Part shown: positions 39,147 to 48,259 of the stretch, one piece after another
How positions within the stretch are numbered: the first letter of the stretch is position 1
How the letters are laid out: every line of letters starts with the position of its first letter
Source: Candidatus Poribacteria bacterium
Lineage (GTDB): Bacteria > Poribacteria > WGA-4E > WGA-3G
Assembly: GCA_963665235.2 (NCBI GenBank)
Contig: CAXXLX010000001.1
Coordinates: 288,001 to 352,000, forward strand
DNA length: 64,000 nt
Reading direction: 5' to 3'
Position numbers and translations under genes: made by a program
The notes under the pieces: generated by a model
What the model was told of the DNA's origin: nothing
Databases searched by the model: none
Seen by the model: the letters and a program-made list of their open reading frames with translations, nothing else

Positions 39147-40481
39147 ATGTTTAGTATATCATTAGAAAGTTGTGAAGTCAAGGAAAATGCGTCGATGTGT
39201 CAAGCGATAGTGGATGAGATAAATGCTTTTTTTGCGGGTCTGTCTTCTGAAGGGTCTGTCTCGTTAGAAGAAGCGGAGCGTCGTGTTTTAGAGGTATCTC
39301 GTTCGTTTGGTCAAAAGTGTTTGACGTTAGTAGCGTCTGAACAATCGAGTGCGGGGTCGTGCGAAGAGGTAAAGTGTCCTGTGCCTGACTGTGACAATGT
39401 GTGTCGTCGTTGGGTAGAGCGTCCGCGTTATGTGTCGACGCTTTGTGGTTTGATTTTAGTGCCGCGTTGGGTTTATCGTTGTAGTTCGGGGCATACTCAC
39501 GCCCCGTGGGATGGTGCGTCTCGGTTGCGTGGTCAATACACGCATGCTGTAGCAGAGGCGATGTGTCGTTTGTGTTCTCGTTTAGACTTTAGAGAAGCGG
39601 AGTCGGAGTTGTTGCGTCAGGGTATAGAAGTGAGCCATACGACGCTGCATCAAATGGTAGGTAAATGGTCAGAAGGGTTGTGTGTCTCGGCGGAGGTAGA
39701 GGTGCAAACCTTAGGGCTTGATGAGAGGTGGTATATTGAGTGTGATGGGTGTCATACGAACTCGCCTATAGGATATAAGGAGGTGAAGGTTGGCACCGTT
39801 TATAGAGATTATCCGCAACCGGCGGGGTCAAGGGGGATACCATCGGCACGCCCAGATAGCATTCGGTATGTTGCCTCGCGTGATAAGGCGGAGGACTTTG
39901 GTAAATCGTTGTATGCGTTAGCCACAAACAGCGGTATGTATAAAGAGGATATAGAGACGCAGGAGATTGTGTTTATCGCCGATGGTGCCGCGTGGATATG
40001 GAACTTAGCGGATGAACACTTCCTCAATGCTGTGCAGATTGTCGATTACATGCACGCCAAATCGCATCTGTATACCGCTGCCAAAGTCGCCTATGGAGAA
40101 GCAGAGACCGAGGCGATAGAACAATGGGTGCGAACCATAGAACCGCTACTCTCTGATGGCAACATCGCAGAACTTATCGCACACATTCACGCTTTAGACA
40201 CACAGACCCCCGAAGCCGCGGAGACCTTACAACGAGAAGCACGCTATTTTGAAAAACACCAAAAGCGAATGCAGTATAAGACCTTTAGGGATAAAGGAAA
40301 CCATAAGATTGGAAGTGGCGTGATTGAGAGTGCCTGTAAACATGTCGTCGCACAGAGATGTAAACAGGCAGGAATGCGATGGGAAAAAGAGGGTATCGAG
40401 GCGGTTCTCGCTTTTCGCTGTCTGGATAAAAATAACGCCTGGGACAACTATTGGTATCCAGAAACAAAGGTTTCCGCATAG
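39147..40481 (+). CDS. ISKra4/ISLre2-like (UPF0236) DDE transposase
   Basis: YIECDG, FIADGAAWIWN, IVDYMHA, IGSGVIESACK..V.QR.K..GMRW; stop codon lies 2 bp before the inner IR. Confidence 0.9.
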   Translation: MFSISLESCEVKENASMCQAIVDEINAFFAGLSSEGSVSLEEAERRVLEVSRSFGQKCLTLVASEQSSAGSCEEVKCPVPDCDNVCRRWVERPRYVSTLCGLILVPRWVYRCSSGHTHAPWDGASRLRGQYTHAVAEAMCRLCSRLDFREAESELLRQGIEVSHTTLHQMVGKWSEGLCVSAEVEVQTLGLDERWYIECDGCHTNSPIGYKEVKVGTVYRDYPQPAGSRGIPSARPDSIRYVASRDKAEDFGKSLYALATNSGMYKEDIETQEIVFIADGAAWIWNLADEHFLNAVQIVDYMHAKSHLYTAAKVAYGEAETEAIEQWVRTIEPLLSDGNIAELIAHIHALDTQTPEAAETLQREARYFEKHQKRMQYKTFRDKGNHKIGSGVIESACKHVVAQRCKQAGMRWEKEGIEAVLAFRCLDKNNAWDNYWYPETKVSA

Positions 40482-40689
40482 ACTTGTACAAAAACTTTAC
40501 ACACCCTTAGGTGACCCCTAGCGTTCGTAGATAGACTTTGTAAGCACGCCTACAAACGCCTTACTTAGGCGATGCGCTTGTAATCCGAGATTAGGCAGAT
40601 AACGGAGAGGGTTCCTTCGTACTTGTTCTTGTTATTCACAATAATAAATGTGACATAACTTGTAATCTGACGATACATTTACGGTTTAG

Positions 40690-40878
40690 CTATACTTCTA
40701 CACCGCTTACCTGCATTTACGTTGACGCAGGCACTCAATTAGCGGCTGGGACCGCTGCCGCTGCATGCATCGGCGGGGTGCTTCCGACTCCCGCGGCTAC
40801 GCAAGCACGTCTTAAGACATCTTTTTGATTCCGTTCGATGAACAAGAATCCACTGCCACTTAGGGGGCAGAGGTGCAA
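40690..40878 (+). mobile_element. Degenerate IS605-type right end / omegaRNA-like remnant
   Basis: CGATGAACAAGAATCCACTGCCACTTAGGGGGCAGAGGTGCAA resembles IS605 right ends (GAAG.AAGAATCCC...TTAG...GTCAA); no ORF. Confidence 0.4.
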
Positions 40879-40913
40879 ATAACGCTCACAGAAATCAAAA
40901 TGTGTTTACAGTT

Positions 40914-41049
40914 TATCTCATAAATCGTCTACCTGATGCCTTTTAGAAACCATATCATCATTGTAGGGGCGAGGTTGCCTCGCCTGATAAAGAAAGGGCT
41001 CTTATAGTCGGGCGGGGTGACCCCGCCCCTACAAGTCCTTTATGAGATA
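40914..41049. repeat. REPIN-like element: inverted pair of GTAG-type REPs inside an 11-bp outer inverted repeat
   Basis: TTGTAGGGGCGAGGTTGCCTCGCC ... GGCGGGGTGACCCCGCCCCTACAA, bracketed by TATCTCATAAA/TTTATGAGATA. Confidence 0.75.
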
Positions 41050-41134
41050 CGCTCTACTTACCAGGACCAGTACTCTGGTAATAGTGTTGTAGCGGTAGCA
41101 CCATCAGAAGGACTCTCTTGTCCTCCTAACATAT

Positions 41135-41602
41135 CTACGGGAGCCCCCCTATGAATGTAAAGGAATAACAATCATTAATATAATCACGGGGATTGTCTGA
41201 TGCGCCCCTGGGGAGAATCTCATTATAGCTAGATTCTCTACTATCCCAAAAAACGCCATATTTTGTATAATCGCTTGGTTTATCTCTTGGGGATAAATCT
41301 TCATCAACAATCCCCTTTCCCGAACGATATATGGAGGTATCAATCCAGTACGTTGACTTATAACTTTCATCTTTGCACTCGACATATCCGTATGCGTACC
41401 AACGCATCTTCCCTGTGTGCCATGTATAGATTGTGCCATTTGCCCGCATCGGCTTATGTGAATCATAATCACGCATATAATACATAGGGGATACACCGTC
41501 GATACGGTGTTCGTCTACAACAGGTTTTAAATTATGTGAAAAAACGATACCTATACCCGCGAAAAATAAGCTTGTAATAATTAAAAAATAAAGATTTTTC
41601 AT
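41135..41602 (-). CDS. Hypothetical exported protein (transposon cargo)
   Basis: 155 aa, N-terminal signal-like helix, GGAG RBS overlapping the upstream gene end, AT-rich, Tyr-rich. Confidence 0.7.
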   Translation of the reverse strand: MKNLYFLIITSLFFAGIGIVFSHNLKPVVDEHRIDGVSPMYYMRDYDSHKPMRANGTIYTWHTGKMRWYAYGYVECKDESYKSTYWIDTSIYRSGKGIVDEDLSPRDKPSDYTKYGVFWDSRESSYNEILPRGASDNPRDYINDCYSFTFIGGLP

Positions 41603-41608
41603 GATAAG

Positions 41609-42385
41609 TCACTCCTTATTTAAACCTAAGAATTGATACGGTTCAATTGCATTATTTGCATCAATAACTTTGATATGTCCTGGGATGTCCTCAACCTTGA
41701 TTCGCAAGGGCTCAAAGTCATCCGGCACCACGAATCCCGGCTCAAGGGCGACTTGGAATTTCTGTTGGCGTATAGCCTCTAGGGTCTGGCCATCGTCAGG
41801 ATGTCCGGATGTGAACGTTATATATCCCTCAGAATCAGTTCTAATATACATAGTGCCTTTAATAGTAGGAACGAGTAACCGATCTGGTGGAATATATCCT
41901 ATACCTTCAACGTCGTAACCTTGTTCTAATAGCTTTATCCATACGCGTATTGCTAATTCGTCTTCAGCGGTGAGAGTATGCCATGCATCCTTCCATCCGG
42001 TTGGGAGCTTTGGGTATGGTCCAAACCCATAAGGTGAAACACGGACTTCGGTTTTTTCCGTTTCCTGCGTTTGTTCCATCAGGTTTGGATGGATTTTGCT
42101 GGGTGCAGCATCTGCCTTCCCTGCTTCATCGGTTGTTTCCATCCTTCGTTTCTCTGCGGGAGGCGCTGCGCTTTCCACAAGTGCATCAGTGGTCGGTTTC
42201 GCATTGCGGCCTGCCTCTACTTTTTGGGCGGGTTCCGCTTGGTGGCGCAGTTCAGCATTGTCTGCTGCTTGTTGTTCGTAGGGTGCCAGCTCGTGTTGGT
42301 ACCAGACGTAACAAGCAATACCGAAAACAATCAGGAAACAAAACCCCCCGATGATCCATCGGTTTGTAAAATAGTCTTGTGGCAT
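41609..42385 (-). CDS. Hypothetical membrane-anchored protein (transposon cargo)
   Basis: GGAGG RBS before ATG 42385; single N-terminal TM helix, low-complexity linker, VSPYGFGPYP motif. Confidence 0.75.
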   Translation of the reverse strand: MPQDYFTNRWIIGGFCFLIVFGIACYVWYQHELAPYEQQAADNAELRHQAEPAQKVEAGRNAKPTTDALVESAAPPAEKRRMETTDEAGKADAAPSKIHPNLMEQTQETEKTEVRVSPYGFGPYPKLPTGWKDAWHTLTAEDELAIRVWIKLLEQGYDVEGIGYIPPDRLLVPTIKGTMYIRTDSEGYITFTSGHPDDGQTLEAIRQQKFQVALEPGFVVPDDFEPLRIKVEDIPGHIKVIDANNAIEPYQFLGLNKE

Positions 42386-43038
42386 TTTGATACCTCCAAA
42401 TCCGTTATGGGATGCCATTGATACGAAGCTGTAGACAATGTTTATGTCGTGAGCAATATTTTCATACATAATACATTATCCGCCTACCCTTTTTTTCAAA
42501 AGGTATTATTAATTACTAAAGTTTGGACAATTTGTCTGAGTTTGCTGAGAAGGACGGAGATTTATTCATCTATTTACCGCGTCCGGGTAGTACATCGTAC
42601 CTCTCCTGATTTAACAAGTGCCCGTGTTTGAAAGCATAGCATCAGACCGAAGTGAGCACAGCTTGCTACCTCTGATGCACCCGTGTGCTAGAGAACGAGC
42701 AGAATCTATCAGATATTTTCCAAACTTTCACTTTATTACTTTAATAATTATACACACAATTGCATCTTTTGTCAATTTTTTTACGATTTTTTCCAAAAAA
42801 TGTGTCTTTTGTGCTTTCCGTGATTCCGACAGACAATACACACATCCTTTTCACAAATGCGTAGCTGTTAGCAACAACCCTCTTTTTCAGCGTTCTCTGT
42901 GTGCTCTGTGCCTTCCGCGATTTGCGGCGTACTCGCCCAAATGCGACGTGCATTCTGACAACACACGCGAAATCCACCCTTCCACCCTTCCACTATCTTT
43001 TGTACAAAAACTTTACACACCCTGAAAGCAAAATAAAT

Positions 43039-43067
43039 TTGACATTCCGATAAAAATGTGGTATAAT
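43039..43067 (+). promoter_or_regulatory. Consensus sigma70 promoter of tnpB
   Basis: TTGACA-17 bp-TATAAT with an extended TG. Confidence 0.85.
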
Positions 43068-43167
43068 GATTGTGTCAAGTTGGTAGACATGTGAAGCATT
43101 GTTGCTAAACAATGTGTCTGCCTACCCGCTTCACATGGGTTAACGGAAACCTGATATTTGATGGACT

Positions 43168-44274
43168 ATGAAAACCTATAAATATAAAATCGGTAAACAA
43201 TCTAATTGTGTTAGGCTTGGCAACTTGCTTGACGATATGTGTCAGGTGCATGAATACTTCCATAAGTGGCAAGACCAAAGGTATAAAGCAGGGCTGCCGT
43301 ATGCCAACTTTGCTGCAATGTGTGAACACTTGACGATGTTGAAGGCAACGACGCATCCGCATTGGAAAGCGTTGCCGTCTCAAGGCATGCAAGAAGAATT
43401 GAAACGGATTGATGCTGCGTATCGCCGTTTTTTCAAGAAGTTGGGAGGCAAGCCGAAACTCAAGAAACGTCATAAGTTCAAATCTGTCACCCTCAAACAA
43501 TCGGGTTGGCAAATAACAGAAAATCGTATCATCGTCACGCTGCGAAAATGGGATGATGGCAGATGGAAGCGCGATCCTGTGCCGTATACCTTTTTTAAGC
43601 ATCGGGACTGGCACGGTAACATCAAACGTGTGCCACTCAAACGCGATGCCTGTAACAACTATTGGCTTTGTCTGACAACGGATTTCACAGATACCGACCC
43701 ACTGCACGCTACAGGTAAAAGCGTAGGTGTAGACTTCGGTATGAAAGACGCTTTTTTGATACTGAGCACTGGCGAAAAGATTCAATCACCCCAACCCTTG
43801 AAACAATCCTTGACGAAACTTCGCAAACTCCACAAGGCACTTTCGCGAAAAAAGAAAGGATCGGCACGCTGGTGGCGGTGTGTCTATCAACTTGCCCGAC
43901 TCTATCGCAAGATTTCTAACCAACGTCTTGATTTTCATTGGAAACTGGCAGACGACTTGTGCAAGCGGTTTGATACCATCGTTCTTGAAACCCTCAACCT
44001 TGATGGCATGAAACGGCTGTGGGGCCGGAAAGTATCCGACCTTGCCTTCTATCAGTTTGTTGAGATACTGAAATATAAGTGTATTAAGCATAATCGGACT
44101 TTTCATCAAATCAGTCAGTGGACAGCGACAACAAAACCGTGCAGTGATTGTGGTTTTCATAATGGCAATCTCACGCTCTCTGATAGACAGTGGACCTGCC
44201 CCGACTGTGGTTCTCATCACGATAGAGATGTCAACGCTGCGATAAACATTTTGCAGGCAGGGATAGCTGCCTGA
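43168..44274 (+). CDS. tnpB: RNA-guided endonuclease TnpB
   Basis: RuvC I VGVDFG, RuvC II IVLETLN, Zn finger CSDC/CPDC, RuvC III DRDVNAAINI; all three acidic residues present. Confidence 0.93.
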   Translation: MKTYKYKIGKQSNCVRLGNLLDDMCQVHEYFHKWQDQRYKAGLPYANFAAMCEHLTMLKATTHPHWKALPSQGMQEELKRIDAAYRRFFKKLGGKPKLKKRHKFKSVTLKQSGWQITENRIIVTLRKWDDGRWKRDPVPYTFFKHRDWHGNIKRVPLKRDACNNYWLCLTTDFTDTDPLHATGKSVGVDFGMKDAFLILSTGEKIQSPQPLKQSLTKLRKLHKALSRKKKGSARWWRCVYQLARLYRKISNQRLDFHWKLADDLCKRFDTIVLETLNLDGMKRLWGRKVSDLAFYQFVEILKYKCIKHNRTFHQISQWTATTKPCSDCGFHNGNLTLSDRQWTCPDCGSHHDRDVNAAINILQAGIAA

Positions 44275-44386
44275 AGGTGGAGTGAAAATAAGACGGTTGT
44301 CTCTATGAGAAAACCGCAGTCACTACGAAACCGAAGCCCCAACCTTTAGGTTGTGGGTGCTATCACGGCAACCGGTTATTTTGAAG
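44230..44386 (+). ncRNA. Predicted TnpB omegaRNA/reRNA scaffold plus flank-derived guide
   Basis: Overlaps the tnpB 3' end; AGTGA..TAAGAC...GCAGTCACT stem and right-end hairpin; guide predicted from 44367 (GGCAACCGGTTATTTTGAAG); 5' boundary uncertain. Confidence 0.6.
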
Positions 44387-44419
44387 CTGAAGAAAGTTTT
44401 CATTAGATGGAGGTCTCTC

Positions 44420-45097
44420 ATGAAATTGAAATGCCAAGCGGCAGGTGCAAACTGCCCGCCTTACTCACATGATGGAAAATTCCAACCGGACAACGCGACA
44501 ATTACCCGTCTTTTGCCTGATTTGAATCGGTGTGCGAAATGTATGGCATACGAGCCGCCATCGCTCCCCGACCTCAAAGACGATTTGATGCAAATCGCCT
44601 CCATAACGCTTATCGAAAAAGGGCCCGCGTTCAATCCCGACCATAAAAGCAGGGCTAGTTTCGGAACTTTCATACGCCCGCGAATTTGTACGAGTTTGAT
44701 TAATGCCAAACGCAAGGAGCTCAAACACTACGCACGGGAACACCCTGTACCCTATACGGCACCGGATGAGTACGAGTCCCTAAATGCCGAATACAGAGAG
44801 GATATCTCTCTTACGCCAATCCCCCTTGTGCTCAATAACGTTCCCGACCCTGATGCTGAACCCCTTGAGGATAGAGCTATTTGGGACCTATTCGTTTCCG
44901 ATTTTGAAAATGCTCTGCCACAACTCCTCGAAAAACTGACCGAGCGGGAACGGCAGGTTTTCGCTTGTCTTCGCAAGGATATGCCAAATCGTGCCATCGC
45001 TGACGCGTTAAAGTTGAGTTCACCGAGAATCAGCCAGTTGATTAGACAGGTAGAACAGAAACTGCGCGGGGCATGCCAAAGTTTAAAGATAATTTAA
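44420..45097 (+). CDS. sigma-70 family RNA polymerase sigma factor-like protein
   Basis: Region-2-like DDLMQIA.I.L.E...AFNP....SFGTFI..RI and region-4 HTH LTERERQVF...NRAIADALKLSSPRISQL; GGAGG RBS before ATG 44420. Confidence 0.8.
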   Translation: MKLKCQAAGANCPPYSHDGKFQPDNATITRLLPDLNRCAKCMAYEPPSLPDLKDDLMQIASITLIEKGPAFNPDHKSRASFGTFIRPRICTSLINAKRKELKHYAREHPVPYTAPDEYESLNAEYREDISLTPIPLVLNNVPDPDAEPLEDRAIWDLFVSDFENALPQLLEKLTERERQVFACLRKDMPNRAIADALKLSSPRISQLIRQVEQKLRGACQSLKII

Positions 45098-45250
45098 CGC
45101 GAGTTTGAAAAAAGTTTTGACCTAGAGCGTTCTGTGGTAGTTTTAGCAAAAAACAGCACAAACTAGGAAGTTTATGCTACAATTAGACCGCTTTTTTCGC
45201 GATGAAAAAGGTTTAGAGCAAACGGATATTTATTATCAAGCTCACGTTAA
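45094..45250. repeat. Small element with imperfect 15-bp terminal inverted repeats and an internal REP-like palindrome
   Basis: TTAACGCGAGTTTGA ... TCAAGCTCACGTTAA; internal GCACAAACTAGGAAGTTTATGCTAC; similar end TAACGTGAGTTTGG at 54913. Confidence 0.55.
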
Positions 45251-45272
45251 TTTAAGCAGATAAAAATCGGGC

Positions 45273-45713
45273 TTATAGCAACGTCTGTAGTCTTTGCGAA
45301 CGATATTCAAAAATTTTCTCTATATCCGGGCGGACAAAAAGCTTGTTGATAAGTCGCCCCCCAAGCACAGCATATTCCACCTCGTCTCTCACCAGCGTGC
45401 CAGCATCGGTCTCAACGAACGTATGTTTATGAATCCAGCAGCGATACGGTCCCCGGCGCTGCTCGTCAGAAAAGTCGTGCGGTGGATTCCATTCAGTTAT
45501 TTCGCTTTGCCATCGGACCGGAATACCCCGCAACTTCAAACGGTAGTCAATAAGCGTACCGACCTTCATTTCAATCGGCTGCGGCGTAAGCACAACGAAC
45601 CGGAGCCACGGTGGCGTAATCTCTGCGAGGTTATGTGCATCGGCAAAATACGCAAAAACCTCGTCCCGGGGTTTCTCAATCAGCTGCTCTGTCATCAGTG
45701 TAAACGTCTTCAT
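45273..45713 (-). CDS. SRPBCC family protein
   Basis: EVFAYFADAHNLAEITPP, PVRWQSEITEW, F.DEQ.RGPY..W.H.H.F, IFEYR. Confidence 0.85.
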   Translation of the reverse strand: MKTFTLMTEQLIEKPRDEVFAYFADAHNLAEITPPWLRFVVLTPQPIEMKVGTLIDYRLKLRGIPVRWQSEITEWNPPHDFSDEQRRGPYRCWIHKHTFVETDAGTLVRDEVEYAVLGGRLINKLFVRPDIEKIFEYRSQRLQTLL

Positions 45714-45762
45714 TTTCCTTCTCCCATGCATGTAGTAGCAAGACTTACACATGCGGTCGTCC

Positions 45763-46824
45763 CTACCTCTCCAGATAATTCTCGTTAACATAGTGCGTAA
45801 TCAACGCTACTTCTGGCTCTTCAAGATAGAGCCCATGTTCAATCATCCGGGTGATAATTTCCGTTGTTTCCTCTTCTGAGCGTGGTGGATAATCCTCAAC
45901 ATCCGTGAGCGGATGACACTGTGAGCATTTATCTTCAAAGAGTGCTCTCGCTTCTTCCACATTGTAATTCGGCACAGGTGCCATGAGTTGAGGTGACATA
46001 TCCACAGTAGTCGTCGCAATTTGAGCGGCCGCCTTTGATTCATCTACCCGCATCTTTTCCTGCCGCTGTTGTCTCATAGCCGTCTTGATATCCGGCGTAA
46101 TGGCGATAAGATATGCGGAAACGCTCCACTCCTCCTCCTGGGTAATCGGTTCACCGATAATAGGTTTAATCGCCATACGATTGACAAGGCGGACCCAATC
46201 TGGTGGTGTCCGTGGTTTGCTAAGCACTGTTCGCAAATCGTGACAGATAACACACTTCCGCTGTAAGACGTGCTGTCCCTCTCGCAATTTTCGTTTTGAT
46301 GCAAGCTGCTCGAGGGGTGCTTCAGGGGGCAGTCCGGCAGTTTCAATCAGCTGCCGCGTTCGTGCGATGCCCTCCTCACTAAACGCCCGCGTCTGTGTTA
46401 TCAGCAAAGTTTCGCGAAATGTGAACGGCAACGACAACCCAATCAACAGATAGGTGCAAATCAGTAAAGTCGTACCGATATACGGCATCGCCTCCTCAAA
46501 ATGCCGGAAAAACCGAAGGATGACAATCTTAAGGAGAAGCAGCACGCCGATAGTAATCCCAAGCATCAGATGTGCAACGGTGCGTGGCGGCAATTCCACC
46601 TGATAATTCCATAAACGCGGCACCATGTGCCACATCATAATCACGTAAAGCAGTAGATATGCGTAACCGATGAACCGATGGAGCAGCATCAATTTAGGCG
46701 GCGCAGCACTCGTGCGTGTTTCTTTGTCAAATGGATACCCCCACAGTTTAAACATCAAAAACACAGAGGCATTTGCTAAACCTAAAAAAATAAGTCCCAG
46801 AATTGCGCTCATCGAAGTAGACAT
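45763..46824 (-). CDS. Membrane protein with two c-type heme motifs
   Basis: Four TM helices with His (LHRFIG, AHLMLG) followed by CVICH and CSQCH with downstream Met ligand candidates. Confidence 0.8.
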   Translation of the reverse strand: MSTSMSAILGLIFLGLANASVFLMFKLWGYPFDKETRTSAAPPKLMLLHRFIGYAYLLLYVIMMWHMVPRLWNYQVELPPRTVAHLMLGITIGVLLLLKIVILRFFRHFEEAMPYIGTTLLICTYLLIGLSLPFTFRETLLITQTRAFSEEGIARTRQLIETAGLPPEAPLEQLASKRKLREGQHVLQRKCVICHDLRTVLSKPRTPPDWVRLVNRMAIKPIIGEPITQEEEWSVSAYLIAITPDIKTAMRQQRQEKMRVDESKAAAQIATTTVDMSPQLMAPVPNYNVEEARALFEDKCSQCHPLTDVEDYPPRSEEETTEIITRMIEHGLYLEEPEVALITHYVNENYLER

Positions 46825-46858
46825 TCAGACACCTCTTACCAATTGCCCAGAAAACGTA

Positions 46859-47659
46859 TTATTCCGCCGGTTTGGGAGTCGTTAAATCGCCGCTCAAAAT
46901 TGTTGGGCACCAGAATTTTTCAATATACTCAATAATTAACCGCGTCCCCTCCTCGTGACTGACATAAGGCGGTTTGAACGGATTGTACATTGCATCTGTC
47001 AAATCGCGCGCGAGGACAGCATTAAATCCCCATCGGACCATCTGCTTAATCGCAAACGAGCGGCCGAGCACACACATATTGGTATGAACCCCCATAAAGA
47101 TGAGGTTTTGAATGCCTTTATGGGCAAGCAAATTATAAACCTCCTGTCCGTTGTCGCTGATAGCATCGGTATCCGCTATATCAATCGCTGGATGCTGTCG
47201 GTGCCATGCTTTGTACATATTCGTTTCCCCTGTGTCTGAGCCGCCGTCGGAGGCATCGACCGGTTGCGGTGGATCCGGCATTTCACGTTCAGGGGGTGTG
47301 TCAGCGTGCGGGATAGCAAGCACGGCAGCACGTGCAGGATGTTGCTCATAGAAATCCATCGTATCCGAAGGTGCATGGATAATCTGGACACCCCGTTCCC
47401 GTGCGCGGTGCAGCACGACGTTCATCCTCGGTGCCATGATATTAACGCGTTCGGTCGCGCCCCATGACCAATGTTCATTCCACATGTCAACGACAATAAT
47501 AGCGGTCTCCGCTGGGTGCCAGTTGACCTCCTCCTCAAGGATACGCCATCCGTTTCTCCCGGCGGTCCGTGCTTCCTGTCGCCGAATAGCGAGGGAAAGC
47601 CTCTCTTCGGAGGGGGTAGCAGAAAAAGCGTAACGGGCTATATCAAGTTTCATTTTCAT
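46859..47659 (-). CDS. Isochorismatase-like cysteine hydrolase
   Basis: AIIVVDMW, IIHAPS, MGVHTNMCV, RDLTD. Confidence 0.82.
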   Translation of the reverse strand: MKMKLDIARYAFSATPSEERLSLAIRRQEARTAGRNGWRILEEEVNWHPAETAIIVVDMWNEHWSWGATERVNIMAPRMNVVLHRARERGVQIIHAPSDTMDFYEQHPARAAVLAIPHADTPPEREMPDPPQPVDASDGGSDTGETNMYKAWHRQHPAIDIADTDAISDNGQEVYNLLAHKGIQNLIFMGVHTNMCVLGRSFAIKQMVRWGFNAVLARDLTDAMYNPFKPPYVSHEEGTRLIIEYIEKFWCPTILSGDLTTPKPAE

Positions 47660-48132
47660 TCCTCCTGGACGATTTTTCGCAAGACATAAGCGTCTTCACC
47701 ATTGCCATAGTATTTTTTTCGGATGCCGTACGGCTGAAATCCGAAGCGGTGGTACAGCTTTCGTGCCGGAACATTGCTCATCGCAACTTCCAAAAACACC
47801 TCACATGCCGCGGCACCCCGAATGATTTCTAAGGCAGAACCGAGCAGGTAGGTGGCAACACCGCGGCGACGGTATGTATCGGTTACAGCGATGTTAAAGA
47901 TATGTGCTTCATCGTAGCACAGCCAAAACACAATATAACCGATAATCGCATCATTTAACCGAGCGGTGTAGAGATGGAAACCCTCCTTCTCATCCCGGAG
48001 ATACGATTCAAAAATTGATATGTCCCACGGCTCCGTTGGAAAGACTTCCTGTTCTATTGCCATCACCTGTTCAAGGTCACATTCTTGCATCCGTTCAAAG
48101 GTGAGTTCTGGAAAAGGTTTTTCGATATGCAT
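47656..48132 (-). CDS. rimI: Ribosomal-protein-alanine N-acetyltransferase
   Basis: EAHIFNIAV...YRRRGVA, FLEVAMSNVPARKLY..FGF...GIRKKYY..GEDA. Confidence 0.88.
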   Translation of the reverse strand: MHIEKPFPELTFERMQECDLEQVMAIEQEVFPTEPWDISIFESYLRDEKEGFHLYTARLNDAIIGYIVFWLCYDEAHIFNIAVTDTYRRRGVATYLLGSALEIIRGAAACEVFLEVAMSNVPARKLYHRFGFQPYGIRKKYYGNGEDAYVLRKIVQEE

Positions 48133-48259
48133 TTATCACAATTTTAGCACAATCGCGGGAGCATGTCAAGCATAAAGTTTTCGTTTTGCTATTGCTTTTC
48201 TATTGAATCGGTGCTATAATAGTGTCAAGATAGAATCCAATAAACATTTTTAGGAGACC

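Larger units (their letters stand above)
39050..43022 (+). mobile_element. Composite Mutator-type (ISKra4/ISLre2-like) transposition unit with cargo
   Basis: IR GGGTGTGTAAAGTTTTTGTACAA at 39050-39072; inverted copies at 40484-40506 and 43000-43022; 9-bp direct repeat TGAAAGCAA at 39041-39049 and 43023-43031. Confidence 0.9.
38976..44366 (+). mobile_element. IS200/IS605-family TnpB-only element (IS1341-like), interrupted by a 3,973-bp insertion
   Basis: Left-end hairpin CCCCATGCTTCAGCTTGGGG (39002-39021) downstream of TTGAC (38971-38975, candidate TAM); tnpB; right-end hairpin GAAGCCCCAACCTTTAGGTTGTGGG ending in TCAC at 44366; left boundary inferred. Confidence 0.75.

Noticed and set aside
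43168-45097. Nuclease-dead TnpB/Cas12f plus sigma factor RNA-guided activation system
   Set aside because: TnpB keeps all three RuvC acidic residues and both transposon ends; the sigma gene lies outside the right end, so adjacency is most simply the insertion site
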